This document shows positions 1-12,292 of a DNA stretch of 37,174 nt, one piece after another. The first letter of the stretch is position 1. Every line of letters starts with the position of its first letter. This DNA is from Macrostomum lignano (lineage: Eukaryota), in assembly GCA_002269645.1 (NCBI GenBank), contig NIVC01004716.1, positions 1-37,174 of the forward strand, read 5' to 3'. The notes under the pieces are model-generated. The model worked only from the letters and a program-made list of their open reading frames with translations. It was not told where the DNA came from and ran no database searches. The translations under genes were made by a program, and so were the position numbers.

Positions 1-1315
1 GCACTGGGAGATCTGGAGATCTGGAGTGCGCGGACACTCCACAGCTGATCAGCTCATCAGGAGGATAGAATTATCAAAGAAAGTAATTCCACTGCTCAAA
101 AAAAGATAGCTCGTACAGAAGTTTATCTTCAAAATCAATACTGAGTCATTTAGCCATCCCACGGAAGGTCCAGAGGGGGAACCGCCGTCTGATTCACAGA
201 GTGTGCACTGCCTGACAATGAGAGAAAGTCAGGGCTGCTGCAGTGTGCACCCTGTGTGAGAGCGCGTGCTCAAGGGAACAGCCGCCTCGATGCTTGCACT
301 CAGTCCCGCAGTCCCTCACTTGCAGGAGGCACTACACAGAATAACCCCGCGACTCTGTGAAACCCTGCAAGTTGAAGAAGTAGTCTCTAGGCTGCATTAG
401 TCAGCTGTGCCTCACAAACTGTTGGCTTCATTTTAATGCAAAATCGTCTCAAAATAAATTTGTCAAACAAGATCAATTGTTGTCGGGGCTGCCTAGTTTT
501 CTTCTTAGCAAAGCCGGGCCAATGAGTGCACAGCAACTCGCCTCTCTGCAAGCGACAACCTTGAGTAGCAGGGAGAGGCCACCAGCAACTCAGGTGTCAG
601 GCGGCATCCGCTCAGCGCGTACAGACGCTGCACTCGCGTGGAAAACTCTGATCTTTTGAAAAACATGTTTTTTTTCAAAACCCATCGGTTGTAAACACGG
701 ATGAAGGGCACGGCAGCTCAGATTGATTGATCAACAAATGCTGATTGACTCCGCCGGCTTGATGATAAGCTTGGCGCGTGGTGACTAGAGAGTAAACAGA
801 CTCTGCAGATTTAGAAGTGCATTTCACCTTGACAGCAGCCCCGATGCCGGAAAATATCTGTTCCATAATCCGCGCCTCATCGAGACTAGAGAAATTGGAA
901 TGAAGACAGCAGAGCCGGCAGCGGGGGAAGCCCCGACGGAGAGCGAAAATAATTGCAGTCACAAAATCCCCGCCGAGCGGAGCTGTCAGCAACAAGACGA
1001 AAAAAAACAACAAAAAAGCAGAGACTGATGCTCAACATCTCGAGGGCAGCTGTACTGCATCGCAGAAGGATCTGCCAATGGGATGCGGAGTCACGGATTC
1101 TGGATGGGATTGAAGTGTCTCGCAGATAACTGCAGCTATGCGGAGCTGAGACTGACGGATTCAAATTAGTCTACTCAGACAGCGTTGAGTGAGCTTTGTA
1201 ATGCTAATTGGGCCATGACGGTAGAGTGGCTCTTTGTATTGCTGAGCTGCAATTGCCGAGTGAAGAGCTTTTGAATTCGGGTTAAAAGAATTGGATTCTG
1301 AATGGATCGAAAATT

Positions 1316-1944
1316 TTGAATGCAGCTGCGCGCAATTTGAATACAGCTGGCGCGAATTTGAATACAGCTAGCGCCAATTTGAATACAGCTGGTGCAGATT
1401 TAAATACAGCTAGCGCCAATTTGAATACAGCTGGCGCAGATTTAAATACAGCTAGCGCCAATTTGAATACAGCTGGCGCAGATTTAAATACAGCTAGCGC
1501 CAATTTGAATACAGCTGGCGCAGATTTAAATACAGCTAGCGCCAATTTGAATACAGCTGGCGCAGATTTAAATACAGCTAGCGCCAATTTGAATACAGAT
1601 GGCGCCAATTTAAATACAGATGGCGCCAATTTAAATACAGCTGGCGCCAAAGTAAATACAGATGGCGCCAATTTAAATACAGCTGGCGCCAAAGTAAATA
1701 CAGATGGCGCCAATTTAAATACAGCTGGCGCCAAAGTAAATACAGATGGCGCCAATTTAAATACAGATGGCGCCAATTTAAATACAGCTGGCGCCAAAGT
1801 AAATACAAATGGCGCCAATTTAAATACAGCTGGCGCCAAAGTAAATACAAATGGCGCCAATTTAAATACAGCTGGCGCCAATTTAAATACAGCTGGCGCC
1901 AAAGTAAATACAGATGGCGCCAATTTAAATACAGCTGGCGCCAA
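1316..1944. repeat. 21-bp minisatellite (AATTTAAATACAGCTGGCGCC), ~30 copies, upstream of GPCR exon 2123 (inferred intron)
   Basis: Direct tandem periodicity; produces heptapeptide-repeat ORFs on both strands. Confidence 0.97.
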
Positions 1945-2122
1945 GCAAAGGCTACGGGGTGCCTGAGACATGGTAGGAACGTTGATTTAAAGGCAGCCAC
2001 CCGTGTCAAGCAAATGATTTAAGAAAAAAAATTTCGCTGACTGGCAAAATTCACTCTGATTTCTACCCAATATCGCCAGTTCGACCTGTTCGACCCGTCC
2101 TCTCCGATACTCCGCACTGCAG

Positions 2123-2217
2123 ATGCCTCGCCATCACGCGGCCGCTGTCAACGCTGAAGTCGTCACGGCCGAATCTGGTGCCACGGCTCGGCCTGGGCGC
2201 CATCTGGCTGCTGGCCA
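2123..2217 (+). CDS. GPCR exon: end of TM3 (R-C-L-A-I), ICL2 and TM4
   Basis: Acceptor ctgcag|A at 2122/2123; donor A|gtaagt at 2217/2218; 95 nt; phase-1 end matches the next exon. Confidence 0.8.
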
Positions 2218-5200
2218 GTAAGTCTCCGCTGCCGATCCCAACTCCTGTTGGGGACTGGGAGAATCTCATATGAGAATCGCCCCTCCTTAGAATCATTACG
2301 AAAATCTCATATGAGAATCGCCCCCTCCTTAGAATCATTGGAAGAATCTCATATGAGAATCGCCCCCACAATAGAATCATTAGGAGAATCTCATATGAGA
2401 ATCGCCCCCACAATAGAATCATTAGGAGAATCTCATATGAGAATCACCCCCCCGTATAATCATCAGGAGAATCTCATATGAGAATCGCCCCCACAATAGA
2501 ATCATTAGGAGAATCTCATATGAGAATCACCCCCCCCCGTATAATCATCAGGAGAATCTCATATGAGAATCGCCCCCACAATAGAATCATTAGGAGAATC
2601 TCATATGAGAATCGCCCCCCGTAGAATCATCAGGAGAATCTCATATGAGAATCGCCCCCACAATAGAATCATTAGGAGAATCTCATATGAGAATCGCCCG
2701 CCGTAGAGTCATCAGGAGAATCTCATATGAGAATCGCCCCCTCCTTAGAATCATTACGAGAATCTCATATGAGAATCGCCCCCGTAGAATCATTAGGAGA
2801 ATCAAGCCTTAAAAGCGAGCGCCTGTCGACACAAAATTGAAAAGTGCAAATGTTTCAGCATCCTTGCAGTTGCCATGACTCCCCACAATGCGTACAGAAG
2901 TCTGCCCGACGCGTCACAAAAGCCCAGTTAGAGTTGCAGTAAAAAGCCATGTTCCTAAATATCCAGCCGCCTACCTGGCACTTCGCGTCTCTCCTGGGGG
3001 CGCGCAGCTTCGCACTTCATCAATTTTCCTAGCAGCTGACGCGATCGAGAAGCCGTGAAAAGCGCCAGTTAGCAGTGCATTGAATTTCGCAAACAATTTC
3101 CAATGCAGCGCGCCCGAAAATTTATGTTGCTGAGCGCGAGAAATTCCACGCAAAGTTGTCTGGGGGATTTTTTTACAGCAAATTTCAACTTGCAGCAGCA
3201 GCATTCAAGCTCTCGTCAACATATTCACCGATTCTGTTGTGAATGTGAACAGAGCGAGTTGCCCTGTGGCTTGTCAGAAAGACATGTGACTGCCAGCCAT
3301 GTGACTGCCAGCCATGTGACTGCCAGACATGTGACTGCCAGCCATGTGACTGCCAGACATGTGACTGCCAGCCATGTGACTGCCAGACATGTGACTGCCA
3401 GCCATTTGACTGTCAGCCATGTGACTGCCAGACATGTGACTGCCAGCCATGTGACTGTCAGCCATGTGACTGCCAGCCATGTGACTGTCAGACATGTGAC
3501 TGCCAGCCATGTGACTACTAGCCATGTGACTGCCAGCCATGTGACTGTCAGCCATGTGAATTCAATGTGCTTCATTCACGCCTTGTTTACAAAACGCTGT
3601 TCACACCAAGGCAGTGAATGGTTGATCTTAAGAATTTTTCACTGGGCCGCTGGGATTCTGGATCGATACAGCTGCTCTGCACTGGGCTGCGTGGTTCGAT
3701 CAGCCGGATCGGATTACTCGAGCTCTGATCGAGTAGCCATCGCATTTTCCCTACTTACTTCGTTACTAAAATTCTTTTTTGTCGATTTGTGAAACCCGAT
3801 CTCGAGGGTTTGATGAATCTGACTTGGACTGACGTTGCGAGAGGGCGCAGATCCAAAACCGGAAAATTTTGACTGGAATGCTGATACCCTTGTGAGGCCA
3901 GAAGATGGACACAAAAGGCGTTTAAACAGCCCGAGCCATGGCCAGTGGCTGCTCTCCCATGGCTCCAAGGACTGCTAAATCCACAACGATGACTCCCAAG
4001 GATCCTTGGATCGATAAAATAGGACTGTTGAGCTATAAAATTGTGAATTTAAAAGTATTTGAAAGTATTTGATAGTTGATCTATAGGAAATTTATTCTTT
4101 GCAGTGTACAAAACACTAGCTTTGCAGTGTACAAAACACTAGCTTTGCAGTGTACAAAACACTAGCTTTGCAGTGTACAAAACACCAGCTTTGCAGTGTA
4201 CAAAACACTAGCTTTTCAGTGTACAAAACACTAGCTTTGCAGTGTACAAAACACCAGCTTTGCAGTGTACAAAACACTAGCTTTGCAGTGTACAAAACAC
4301 CAGATTTGCAGTGTACAAAACACTAGCTTTGCAGTGTACAAAACACCAGATTTGCAGTGTACAAAACACTAGCTTTGCAGGGTACAAAACACTAGCTTCG
4401 TAGTGTACAAAACACTAGCTTTGCAGGGTACAAAACACTAACTTCGTAGTGTACAAAACACTGACTCTGCAGTGTACAAAACACTAGCTTTGCAGTGTAC
4501 AAAACACTAGCTTTGCAGTGTACAAAACACCAGCTTTGCAGTGTACAAAACACCAGCTTTGCAGTGTACAAAACACCAGCTTCGTAGTGTACAAAAGAAA
4601 ATGTTTGTTATGTTTTGGAGCAGAGCAATTGAACAAAGATTTTCAATAAAATTTAGGTCTCAATGAAATCAACGCAATCCTTGCTCATTAATTAATGAAA
4701 AAACTCGCTTTTTGAGGTTGTTTTGAAAAATAATAAAATTTTATGAGCACCAACTGAACCTCAGGCAATTAAAGAAAGCGCAAATACCTACCCAGCTATT
4801 CCCTAATGAGGCAAAAAATCCAAATGCATTCGTTGTTTAATCCAGGTACTTTGTTGATTCTGCTTATCTCTCTCTGTGTCATGCGCGTTTGCATCGGGGA
4901 ATTCTGTTCCAGGATCCCAGGATTTAGCATAGGTGCAAATACCTGCCATCCAGGATCCCAGGATTTAGCATAGGTGCAAATACCTGCCATCCAGGATCCC
5001 AGGATTTAGCATAGGTGCAAATACCTGCCATCCAGGATCCCAGGATTTAGCATAGGTGCAAATACCTGCCATCCAGGATCCCAGGATTTAGCATAGGTGC
5101 AAATACCTGCCATCCAGGATCCCAGGATTTAGCATAGGTGCAAATACCTGCCATCCAGGATCCCAGGATTTAGCATAGGTGCAAATACCTGCCATCCAGG

Positions 5201-7293
5201 ATCCCAGGATTTAGCATAGGTGCAAATACCTGCCATCCAGGATCCCAGGATTTAGCATAGGTGCAAATACCTGCCATCCAGGATCCCAGGATTTAGCATA
5301 GGTGCAAATACCTGCCATCCAGGATCCCAGGATTTAGCATAGGTGCAAATACCTGCCATCCAGGATCCCAGGATTTAGCATAGGTGCAAATACCTGCCAT
5401 CCAGGATCCCAGGATTTAGCATAGGTGCAAATACCTGCCATCCAGGATCCCAGGATTTAGCATAGGTGCAAATACCTGCCATCCAGGATCCCAGGATTTA
5501 GCATAGGTGCAAATACCTGCCACCGCCCGCAGCTGCCCTCGCCGTGCCATACGCTGTCGGCTCGCACATCGAGACCAACCTGCACCAGCTTCCGCATGGC
5601 AACTGCCTGGCCGTGCGCAGCTGCTTCCCGTTCCCCAGGGAGTGGGGCTCGGGCTACAGCCGCGCCATGCGCATCCTCAAGCTGCTGGCCTACTATGCCG
5701 TGCCCGGCCTGCTCACTGTGCTCTTCTACGGCCTCATGGCCGGCCGGCTGCTCCGCTCGGCCAGGCAGCACGGCCAGGCCAACAGCTCAACGGCCGGCCA
5801 TGCCGAGGGTCGCCGGAAGCTGGCCAAGCTGGTGCTGTGCCTGGCCCTCGTGTTCTTCATCGCCTGGGGACCGGATCACGCTATCACGCTTTACTTTTTC
5901 ATGGCTAAGCAGGTTAGCGGCTCGTTCCTGCGATTCAAGATGATTGCGAAGGTGAGTGTCGCTGGCACTTTAAGTTAACTGGTGGGGCACCAATTTGCAA
6001 TTGCGAGGCATCGATTACAAAGTTGAATGTCCGTTTCAAAATGGAATTTGAAGAGTTGTCCATTTTACGACTGGTGTCCATGTCCACTTCTAGACAGGTG
6101 TCCATCTTAAGACACGTGTCCATTTCTAGACAGGTGTCCACTTCTAGACAGGTGTCCACTTCTAGACAGGTGTCCACTTAAAGACAGGTGTCCATCTTAA
6201 GACAGGTGTCCACTTCAAGACAGGTGTCCACTTCTAAACAGGTGTCCACTTCAAGACAGGTGTCCACTTCTAGACAGGTGTCCACTTCAAGACAGGTGTC
6301 CATTTCAAGTCAGCTGTCCACTTCAAGACAGAGTTGGCCACTTCAAGACAGCGTTGTCCAATTTAAGACAGATTTCCACCTTAAGACAGGTGTCCACTTC
6401 AAGACAAGTGTCCATTTCAAGTCAGGTGTCCACTTCAAGACAGATGTCCACTTCTAGACAGATGTCCACTTCTAGACAGGTGTCCACTTCAAGACAGGTG
6501 TCCACTTCAAGACAGGTGTCCACTTCAAGACAGGTGTCCATTTCAAGTCAGCTGTCCACTTCAAGACAGCGTTGTCCAATTTAAGACAGATTTCCACTTT
6601 AAGACACATGTCCAATTTAAGACAGATGTCCACTTTAAGACAGGTGTCCACTTCAAGGCAGATGTCCACTTCAAGACAGATGTCCACTTTAGAGCTGAAT
6701 GTCCACTTCAAGACACAGTTGTCCACTTTAAGACACATGTCCATTTCAAGACAGATGTCCGCTTTAGGACAGAGTTGTCCACTCCAAGACAGGTATCCAC
6801 TTTAGAGCTAATGTCTGCTTCAAGACAGAGGTGTCCGCTTCAGGATGGCAGGTATCTACATGTACTTCCAGAGAGACGTATACTTTCTTAGGCGGGGACA
6901 TCAGTTCAAGACGCGGAGAGGCATTCAAAATTTGTTGAATAGAGCATCAGCAAATGCTTGACGAAGCTCCGACTCTGCAACCGCCCGCAGCTGCTGCCAT
7001 CCGCCTATTCGGCCAGCAACCCGGTGACTCTGTGCATCATCAGCAAGCGCTTCCGGGCTCACTTCCTCCAGGTGATCACCTGCGGCAGGCGGGCCGTCAA
7101 TGAGGGCGGTACAACTGGCGCCGGAACCCAGTACCGATCTGGCGCCGGGTACCGCACCGGTCGGGCCGGCCGAAACTCGACGGCTCTGCTGACGAGCGTG
7201 GGCGGTGGTGGCGCGGCGGCAGCTGCTTCTGAAAAGGCAATTCCGCTGCTGCCAATTCGCGGCGATGGCAGGCGGGAATCCCGCGACTACTGA
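2123..7293 (+). CDS. Partial class A neuropeptide GPCR, bombesin/GRP-endothelin-CCHamide receptor-like; join(2123..2217,5533..5951,6991..7293); 5' exons (TM1-TM3) not in window
   Basis: Three exons join in frame with canonical AG/GT and matching phases (1 then 0). Translation: (R)CLAITRPL..LGLGAIWLLA-T-ALAVPY..AYYAVPGLLTVLFYGLMAGRLLRSA..RRKLAKLVLCLALVFFIAWGPDHA..IAK-LLPSAYSASNPVTLCIISKRFRAHF. From recall this parallels GRP receptor motifs (FYVIPL..KNLIQSA, RKRLAKTVLVFV..FCWLPNHV, NPFALYLLSKSFR). The subfamily assignment is inference. Confidence 0.85.
2257..2803. repeat. ~42-bp minisatellite (GAGAATCTCATATGAGAATCGCCCCCACAATAGAATCATTAG), ~13 copies
   Basis: Tandem copies starting ~40 nt after the donor at 2218. 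Confidence 0.95.
3281..3558. repeat. 15-bp minisatellite (CATGTGACTGCCAGC/A), ~18 copies
   Basis: Direct tandem periodicity. Confidence 0.96.
4098..4596. repeat. 23-bp minisatellite (TTTGCAGTGTACAAAACACTAGC), ~21 copies
   Basis: Direct tandem periodicity. Confidence 0.96.
4909..5522. repeat. 41-bp minisatellite (CCAGGATCCCAGGATTTAGCATAGGTGCAAATACCTGCCAT), 15 near-identical copies
   Basis: Essentially invariant copies ending ~10 nt before the acceptor at 5532. Confidence 0.97.
5533..5951 (+). CDS. GPCR exon: TM4 end, ECL2, TM5, ICL3, TM6, ECL3
   Basis: Acceptor cgcccgcag|CT at 5532/5533; donor AAG|gtgagt at 5951/5952; matches ORF 5544..5978; two hydrophobic helices and an AWGP (CWxP-like) motif. 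Confidence 0.9.
6069..6860. repeat. Degenerate 18-bp minisatellite (AGACAGGTGTCCACTTCA) with internal higher-order duplication
   Basis: Tandem copies; the variant block near 6301-6380 recurs near 6540-6600. Confidence 0.93.
6991..7293 (+). CDS. GPCR terminal exon: TM7, helix 8, C-tail
   Basis: Acceptor ccgcccgcag|CTG at 6990/6991, phase 0; NPVTL plus IISKRFRAHF helix-8 motif; stop TGA 7291-7293. Confidence 0.88.
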   Translation: MLPSAYSASNPVTLCIISKRFRAHFLQVITCGRRAVNEGGTTGAGTQYRSGAGYRTGRAGRNSTALLTSVGGGGAAAAASEKAIPLLPIRGDGRRESRDY

Positions 7294-8704
7294 GAAGCAG
7301 CGGACTGACCGAGAGCACATTGCTCACTTTTTCTCTGTACTATGACCAGCGGAACTTTGAATGCCAGATTGTAATTACAGGGCATTCATGTTTCTCCGAG
7401 TAATAATTAGGGCGCCACGATGGACTTCTGGGGCGGCCCGTGACATTGCGGCACCTCCTGACGCCCAGCAGCAGCCGAAGCGGCAAGCTGAACCATAGGC
7501 TTAAGGGTGTTTGATTTATGGTTTGCGCCCGCAGTGAGCAAATGCTCCTCAACTCTACAAACCTATGCATGATGAAGTTTTCGACGATGTGAATTTATAA
7601 TAGCACCCCCTCGCTGCTTGTGCGATCTTTTAGGCAAAAAATGCTATATTTGACATGCATACGTGAATTAATAGTTGCAAGACTGTAATTACATTAGCCG
7701 GTCAAGTGAGTGTCCGGCATCTGCACATGCACATTTCGATGCTGATGTCCCTAAGGAGAGAGGGTCATTCAGTTTGCTGGCACCATGCTTCAACTTTGCA
7801 TACGCTGTATATCATTATCGGCAGTTTTATAAAAGACAAAAACCCGTCTCGAAACCCTCATAATTATGAGAACGAGCTGATGTCCCACTGCTTCGAATAT
7901 TCGTCCATAAAGTCACAAAAAATAACTCGTATTCATGTGCATGCAACCGAATCTATATAGGACAACTGTTGTACTGCAGTAACTTGTCGAACTTGCAATT
8001 CTATATACTTTTGCCCTCGTTTATTATTGTCCTTCAATGCCCTGCATGCTCTACTTGAGGACACCGGCGCACAGTAGCGCTAAACGACTATGTTTATGAT
8101 TATGAATTTTTGATAGCACTTTGAGCACCGAAACATCAGCACTAATTGATGGACGATTTTTCCCATCGATTCAATTCTCCCCATCCATATTTTATGCTGC
8201 TGCGCCCGAACACAGACGCGACATCCAGACTTCAAAGTGCTGCGCGTTGCTCGATCTCTGCGATGAAGGACGCGAAACCCAATGATCTGCTATTCCTACT
8301 AGCGAACCAAACCATTCACCTCTTCGCTTACAGACACAACAGACAGACTGGCATGCACCTCACAATGATAAGCGTTATTACTAAAATATAAATAGTTATA
8401 GAATCGCACCGCTTTCACTGTCACCGCACAACAGCAGCTTCGACAATAAAGACAAGCACAAATAACAAAAACTATTATAATTTGAATTATTTAAGAAATT
8501 CAATTTACACAATTAATGCAGTTTGCTTTGATTTTTTCAATTTGTATTTTATTCTACGCACTATCGTTCAGTTTTGTTTAAAAAATGCAACAATTTTTTA
8601 TATACGCATAACTATGGATGGACAGGGGGGGGGGTTTCTAACAGAAAAACCAGCTGATTAATCCCTATAAACATTCCTCAATCAAAGCGAGGCAAGGCAA
8701 AACA

Positions 8705-8810
<106 letters not shown>

Positions 8811-9316
8811 GGATTGACGATGTCTGCTAACAAGCACGTAATATTAACCTAATTGGGAATTAATATGACTGACACCGTGGTGCCAGTTAGTAGCGGGTTT
8901 TACACATTGGGAGTCAAAATTTGTTAGCAAAATATCTGCTGCCGAAGCTGCATTAAGCTGTGGCAAAGTTATCATTTATGATGTATGGGGTGCCAACTTT
9001 GGAATCATAGGGCATTTTCAGCTGTCTGTCTGTCAGTCTGTTTATCTATCCATCTATCTATTCGGAAGTCGGGCCAAACCAAAAGTCGCGTTTTGAGGCA
9101 GTTTACCCTGACAAAAGCCACATAAAAACTATTTTTAGAAGGCCGATATTGAGAATGTTGAGCGACCCATCTAGACTGGTGTATAGCCTATATGCGTGTT
9201 ATATTAGTCGGGTATAGCCCCTGGCAATGCTACCCATACAATCAATTGGTTGGGAAAAAAGTTAAACAAGTCAGTATTAGCGGCTTCCATCAGCTGGCAG
9301 GCAATGCGCCGGCTAA

Positions 9317-9607
9317 TCACGTGACCACAGGCCGCAACGGATCGGCCTGCAGCCGGCTCAAGTCCATGCGCCTCTCAACCTCGGGATCGAGCTCCCCAAC
9401 CAGACTCACATTGTCGCCACGGATGACATACAGGCCGAGGGGAACAGCCTCCACGGGACTGTTAGCTGAGAACACTCTCTCGACTGAGTCCTCCAGGATC
9501 AAGTTGATGGCATTGTCAAAGCCACGGAGGATGCCAATGATGACACGGCCATCAGCCGTGATCACTGACACCTGCTGTTTAATCATCGTCTCCAGCAAGG
9601 TTGCCAT
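9317..9607 (-). CDS. LSM8: U6 snRNA-associated Sm-like protein LSm8, intronless CDS, 96 aa
   Basis: VSVITADGRVIIGILRGFDNAINLILEDSVERVFS..LGLYVIRGDNVSLVGELD matches the Sm1/Sm2 motifs and the length of LSm8 (recalled human sequence VAVITSDGRMIVGTLKGFDQTINLILDESHERVFS..LGLYIVRGDNVAVIGEID). Confidence 0.96.
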   Translation of the reverse strand: MATLLETMIKQQVSVITADGRVIIGILRGFDNAINLILEDSVERVFSANSPVEAVPLGLYVIRGDNVSLVGELDPEVERRMDLSRLQADPLRPVVT

Positions 9608-12215
9608 GATGCTGAAGGTGGGGTAAGCAAGGCATTGTGCTAATTTATTGTCATATTAAAAAATCTTACTTTCCTACTAACAATAACCTAAATATTCACA
9701 GTTTTCTTAAATGTTTGGCTTGAAAATTAATGATTAATTTTATAAGTTTCCATAGAATAATTAATATATGTAAAAACACACTTAAAATATAAATTTCTAT
9801 ACTTAGCAATACTATAGTTAGGCCAGCATTAATTATATATAAGAATCTAATCAAGGCACAAAACTATCATCTCTAGCACTCACAGATGGTTAAGAAATAG
9901 TAGAAACAGGCAGATTTAGAAATATAAAATGAGGGATGGATTTTAATCAAAAGAGTAAGGGTGCCATAATATAGCCAAGAGGGGCACTATAATATTAGAC
10001 TGAGGGGAGTGGGGACCCTTTTTAGCCCAAAGGACAAGGGGCACCATTATCACCAACTACAAGTAAAGGCAAGGTTTGGCCACCCCTTGCCTTACTTAAA
10101 TCTGTTAATTTTTAAAATAAACAATAAATAATTTTAATTTTAATTTTAATAATAAAAAACAAGCCTATATAGAATAAAATGTTGGTTATTTAGCATTCTA
10201 TTTTGATAATTGCATTCTATTTGCATTCTAAGCTTTGTTAACTAGAATCCAAATTCATGATATCAATATAAAGTGATTGAAGTCTTATAAGAGCTAAATG
10301 CAAATTTGATATATAAAATAGTAAAATACTATTAAGGATAAATCCCAAGTCTAGATTTCTTACATAGCCAAAAATTGAGCATCATATGCTTTGCCTTTAC
10401 TTGTAGTAATACTCTAGTGTATAAATAAAATTAAAGAAATAAAAAAATAAATAGAACTAATTATATAGCCAAGATATATCAAATTAAAATCAGGGTCATG
10501 ATATGCTTTAATCAGTATTGTCACTAATAGATTTTCCATTAGAACTATAAACTATAAAGTATAGATAAGAGAGTTTGTATATTAATGAATACATTATTTC
10601 ATTTGCTAGCCTATTTTTGTATAATTGATACAATGATATTACTGAGAAATTTAGGCCTATACAATCTACTAGATTTTTTGCTTTGGCAGAGTATTGAATT
10701 GGCAACATTAGCTATGCCTATGTTTATATAAAAAACTGATCCATAATATAGGAGCTGAACTATTTTTTTTGCTCTTGTTATTTATTTATTTATTAAATAG
10801 ACTATATATTTCAATATACACTTTTAAGATTATTTTTATTTATGGACCTATTTTTTATCTAGAATCTCCAGCTAGAAATGTTTTTAAAATACTAAGTCTA
10901 GCCATATAAGCATTTTTAGCTTAGCAAAATAAGTGGCGCACGATCAAGACTGCCACAGCTCTTACTGGCTACTGGAATTGAGGGGGAGCTACGAATCTTC
11001 CAGCATTGCTATTGGTTGTGATGGGTTATGGAGTTAGATGAGGAGGAAGTGTCCCAAGATTGGTCACAAATAAGTGGCCCAAAACAATTGCAAGTCAATC
11101 AAGGCAATTTTAACAATATCTCTAACAAAACTATAATTTGTTACTTTTAGCAATAGATAAGCATGAATATTGCTTTTGAGAGCAAAAGCTTGAGTAATTA
11201 GATTTAACTTCACTTTCAAAAAAGCGTCTCTCAAAATGCAATTGCAGGTTGCTGTAATTTGAAAAGTTTTTTTACCAGCTCGCACATTCGTATATTTGGC
11301 GTCTGGGTGCATAGTGCATTATGGACAAACAAACCAACTCAGGACCACATTTGAAACTGCAAATTAAGAATGCAGTTAAGTCAAGAGCCTTTTTCACAGC
11401 TTTCTACTAATAGTAGCTGTTTAATTAGGATTGATAGTTCCTTTACAATTCAAATTGAATGAAAAAAACGAGGAGGGCTCACTTACCCACCCAGCCCGCT
11501 CACTGGTTCCTCTCTTGCGGCCTTGTTGTCCCCATCTCACCCTGCTCCCCCAGCACCATCCAATAACATGGCGAGCTAAATTCCTCCCCCTAGCTCCCCC
11601 AAGTGTGGCGGTCTTGGTGTGTGGCGGTCTTGGTCCTACACCAAATAAGTCAATAACAAATAAGACAAGGATTAAAGATCATCTATACTACTTACTAGGA
11701 TTAGCAATGCTAGGTTATTGCGAGGTTATTATCAAAAAAATCCAAATTTTGTATATTATCATTTATTTGTCTATCAAATTTGATTCTTTTTGTTTGTATA
11801 ATTATTATTTGTTGTGTGATTTGATACAATGGTTTAAATGCTCAACTAGCCTCATCTGATAAGTGTGAATAAGCTTTAAGTCTTTACAAGTAAAAAGTCA
11901 CAGGGTAAAAAGTCAACAAGTGACGCAAGGTATTAGTCCAAAGCAAGAGATTGAAATCACAATATACTAAATCTCTAATAGGTTTCTGAATTCCTAATCT
12001 GGAAATGCCAGCAGACAAAAAGGCGGCAGACTTTTCATTTATGATGAAAAATAAGTTGGCGTCACTTTCGACGAAAATTTTCAAATATGAACGAAACATA
12101 AATTTTAATAAAATAACTACAAGCTGATATAATTAAGCACCTCGTGTCACTAAAATAACTACATCTATAAATTTTATTTTTTATAAAAAATAAATTGTGT
12201 CTGTAACAAAAGCAA

Positions 12216-12292
12216 CTTGTCACCGAAACGACTATTTGTCACGAAAACGTCTGTTCCACAGAAACGAAGCTGTCACCGAAACGACCGGTACC
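12216..12292. mobile_element. Probable terminus of a non-autonomous DNA transposon with subterminal repeats
   Basis: TGTCACCGAAACGAC occurs twice plus variants, ending in CCGGTACCC; a CpG-rich island inside CpG-poor DNA; no partner end found. Confidence 0.35.

Noticed and set aside
260-410. Peptide EALHRITPRLCETLQVEEVVSRLH faintly like a CARD/death-fold helix
   Set aside because: Short, closed by a stop, no splice context; too weak without a profile search.
1282-2009. Long repeat ORFs (216-229 aa, NLNTAGA / FKLAPAV) resembling ice-binding or beta-solenoid proteins
   Set aside because: Fully explained by a stop-free 21-bp minisatellite; open on both strands and lacking any non-repetitive domain.
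4909-5522. CRISPR-like appearance of the 30-42-bp repeat arrays (also 22.2, 25.6, 33.7 and 35.6 kb)
   Set aside because: Units are head-to-tail with no unique spacers, there are no cas genes, and the context is eukaryotic introns.
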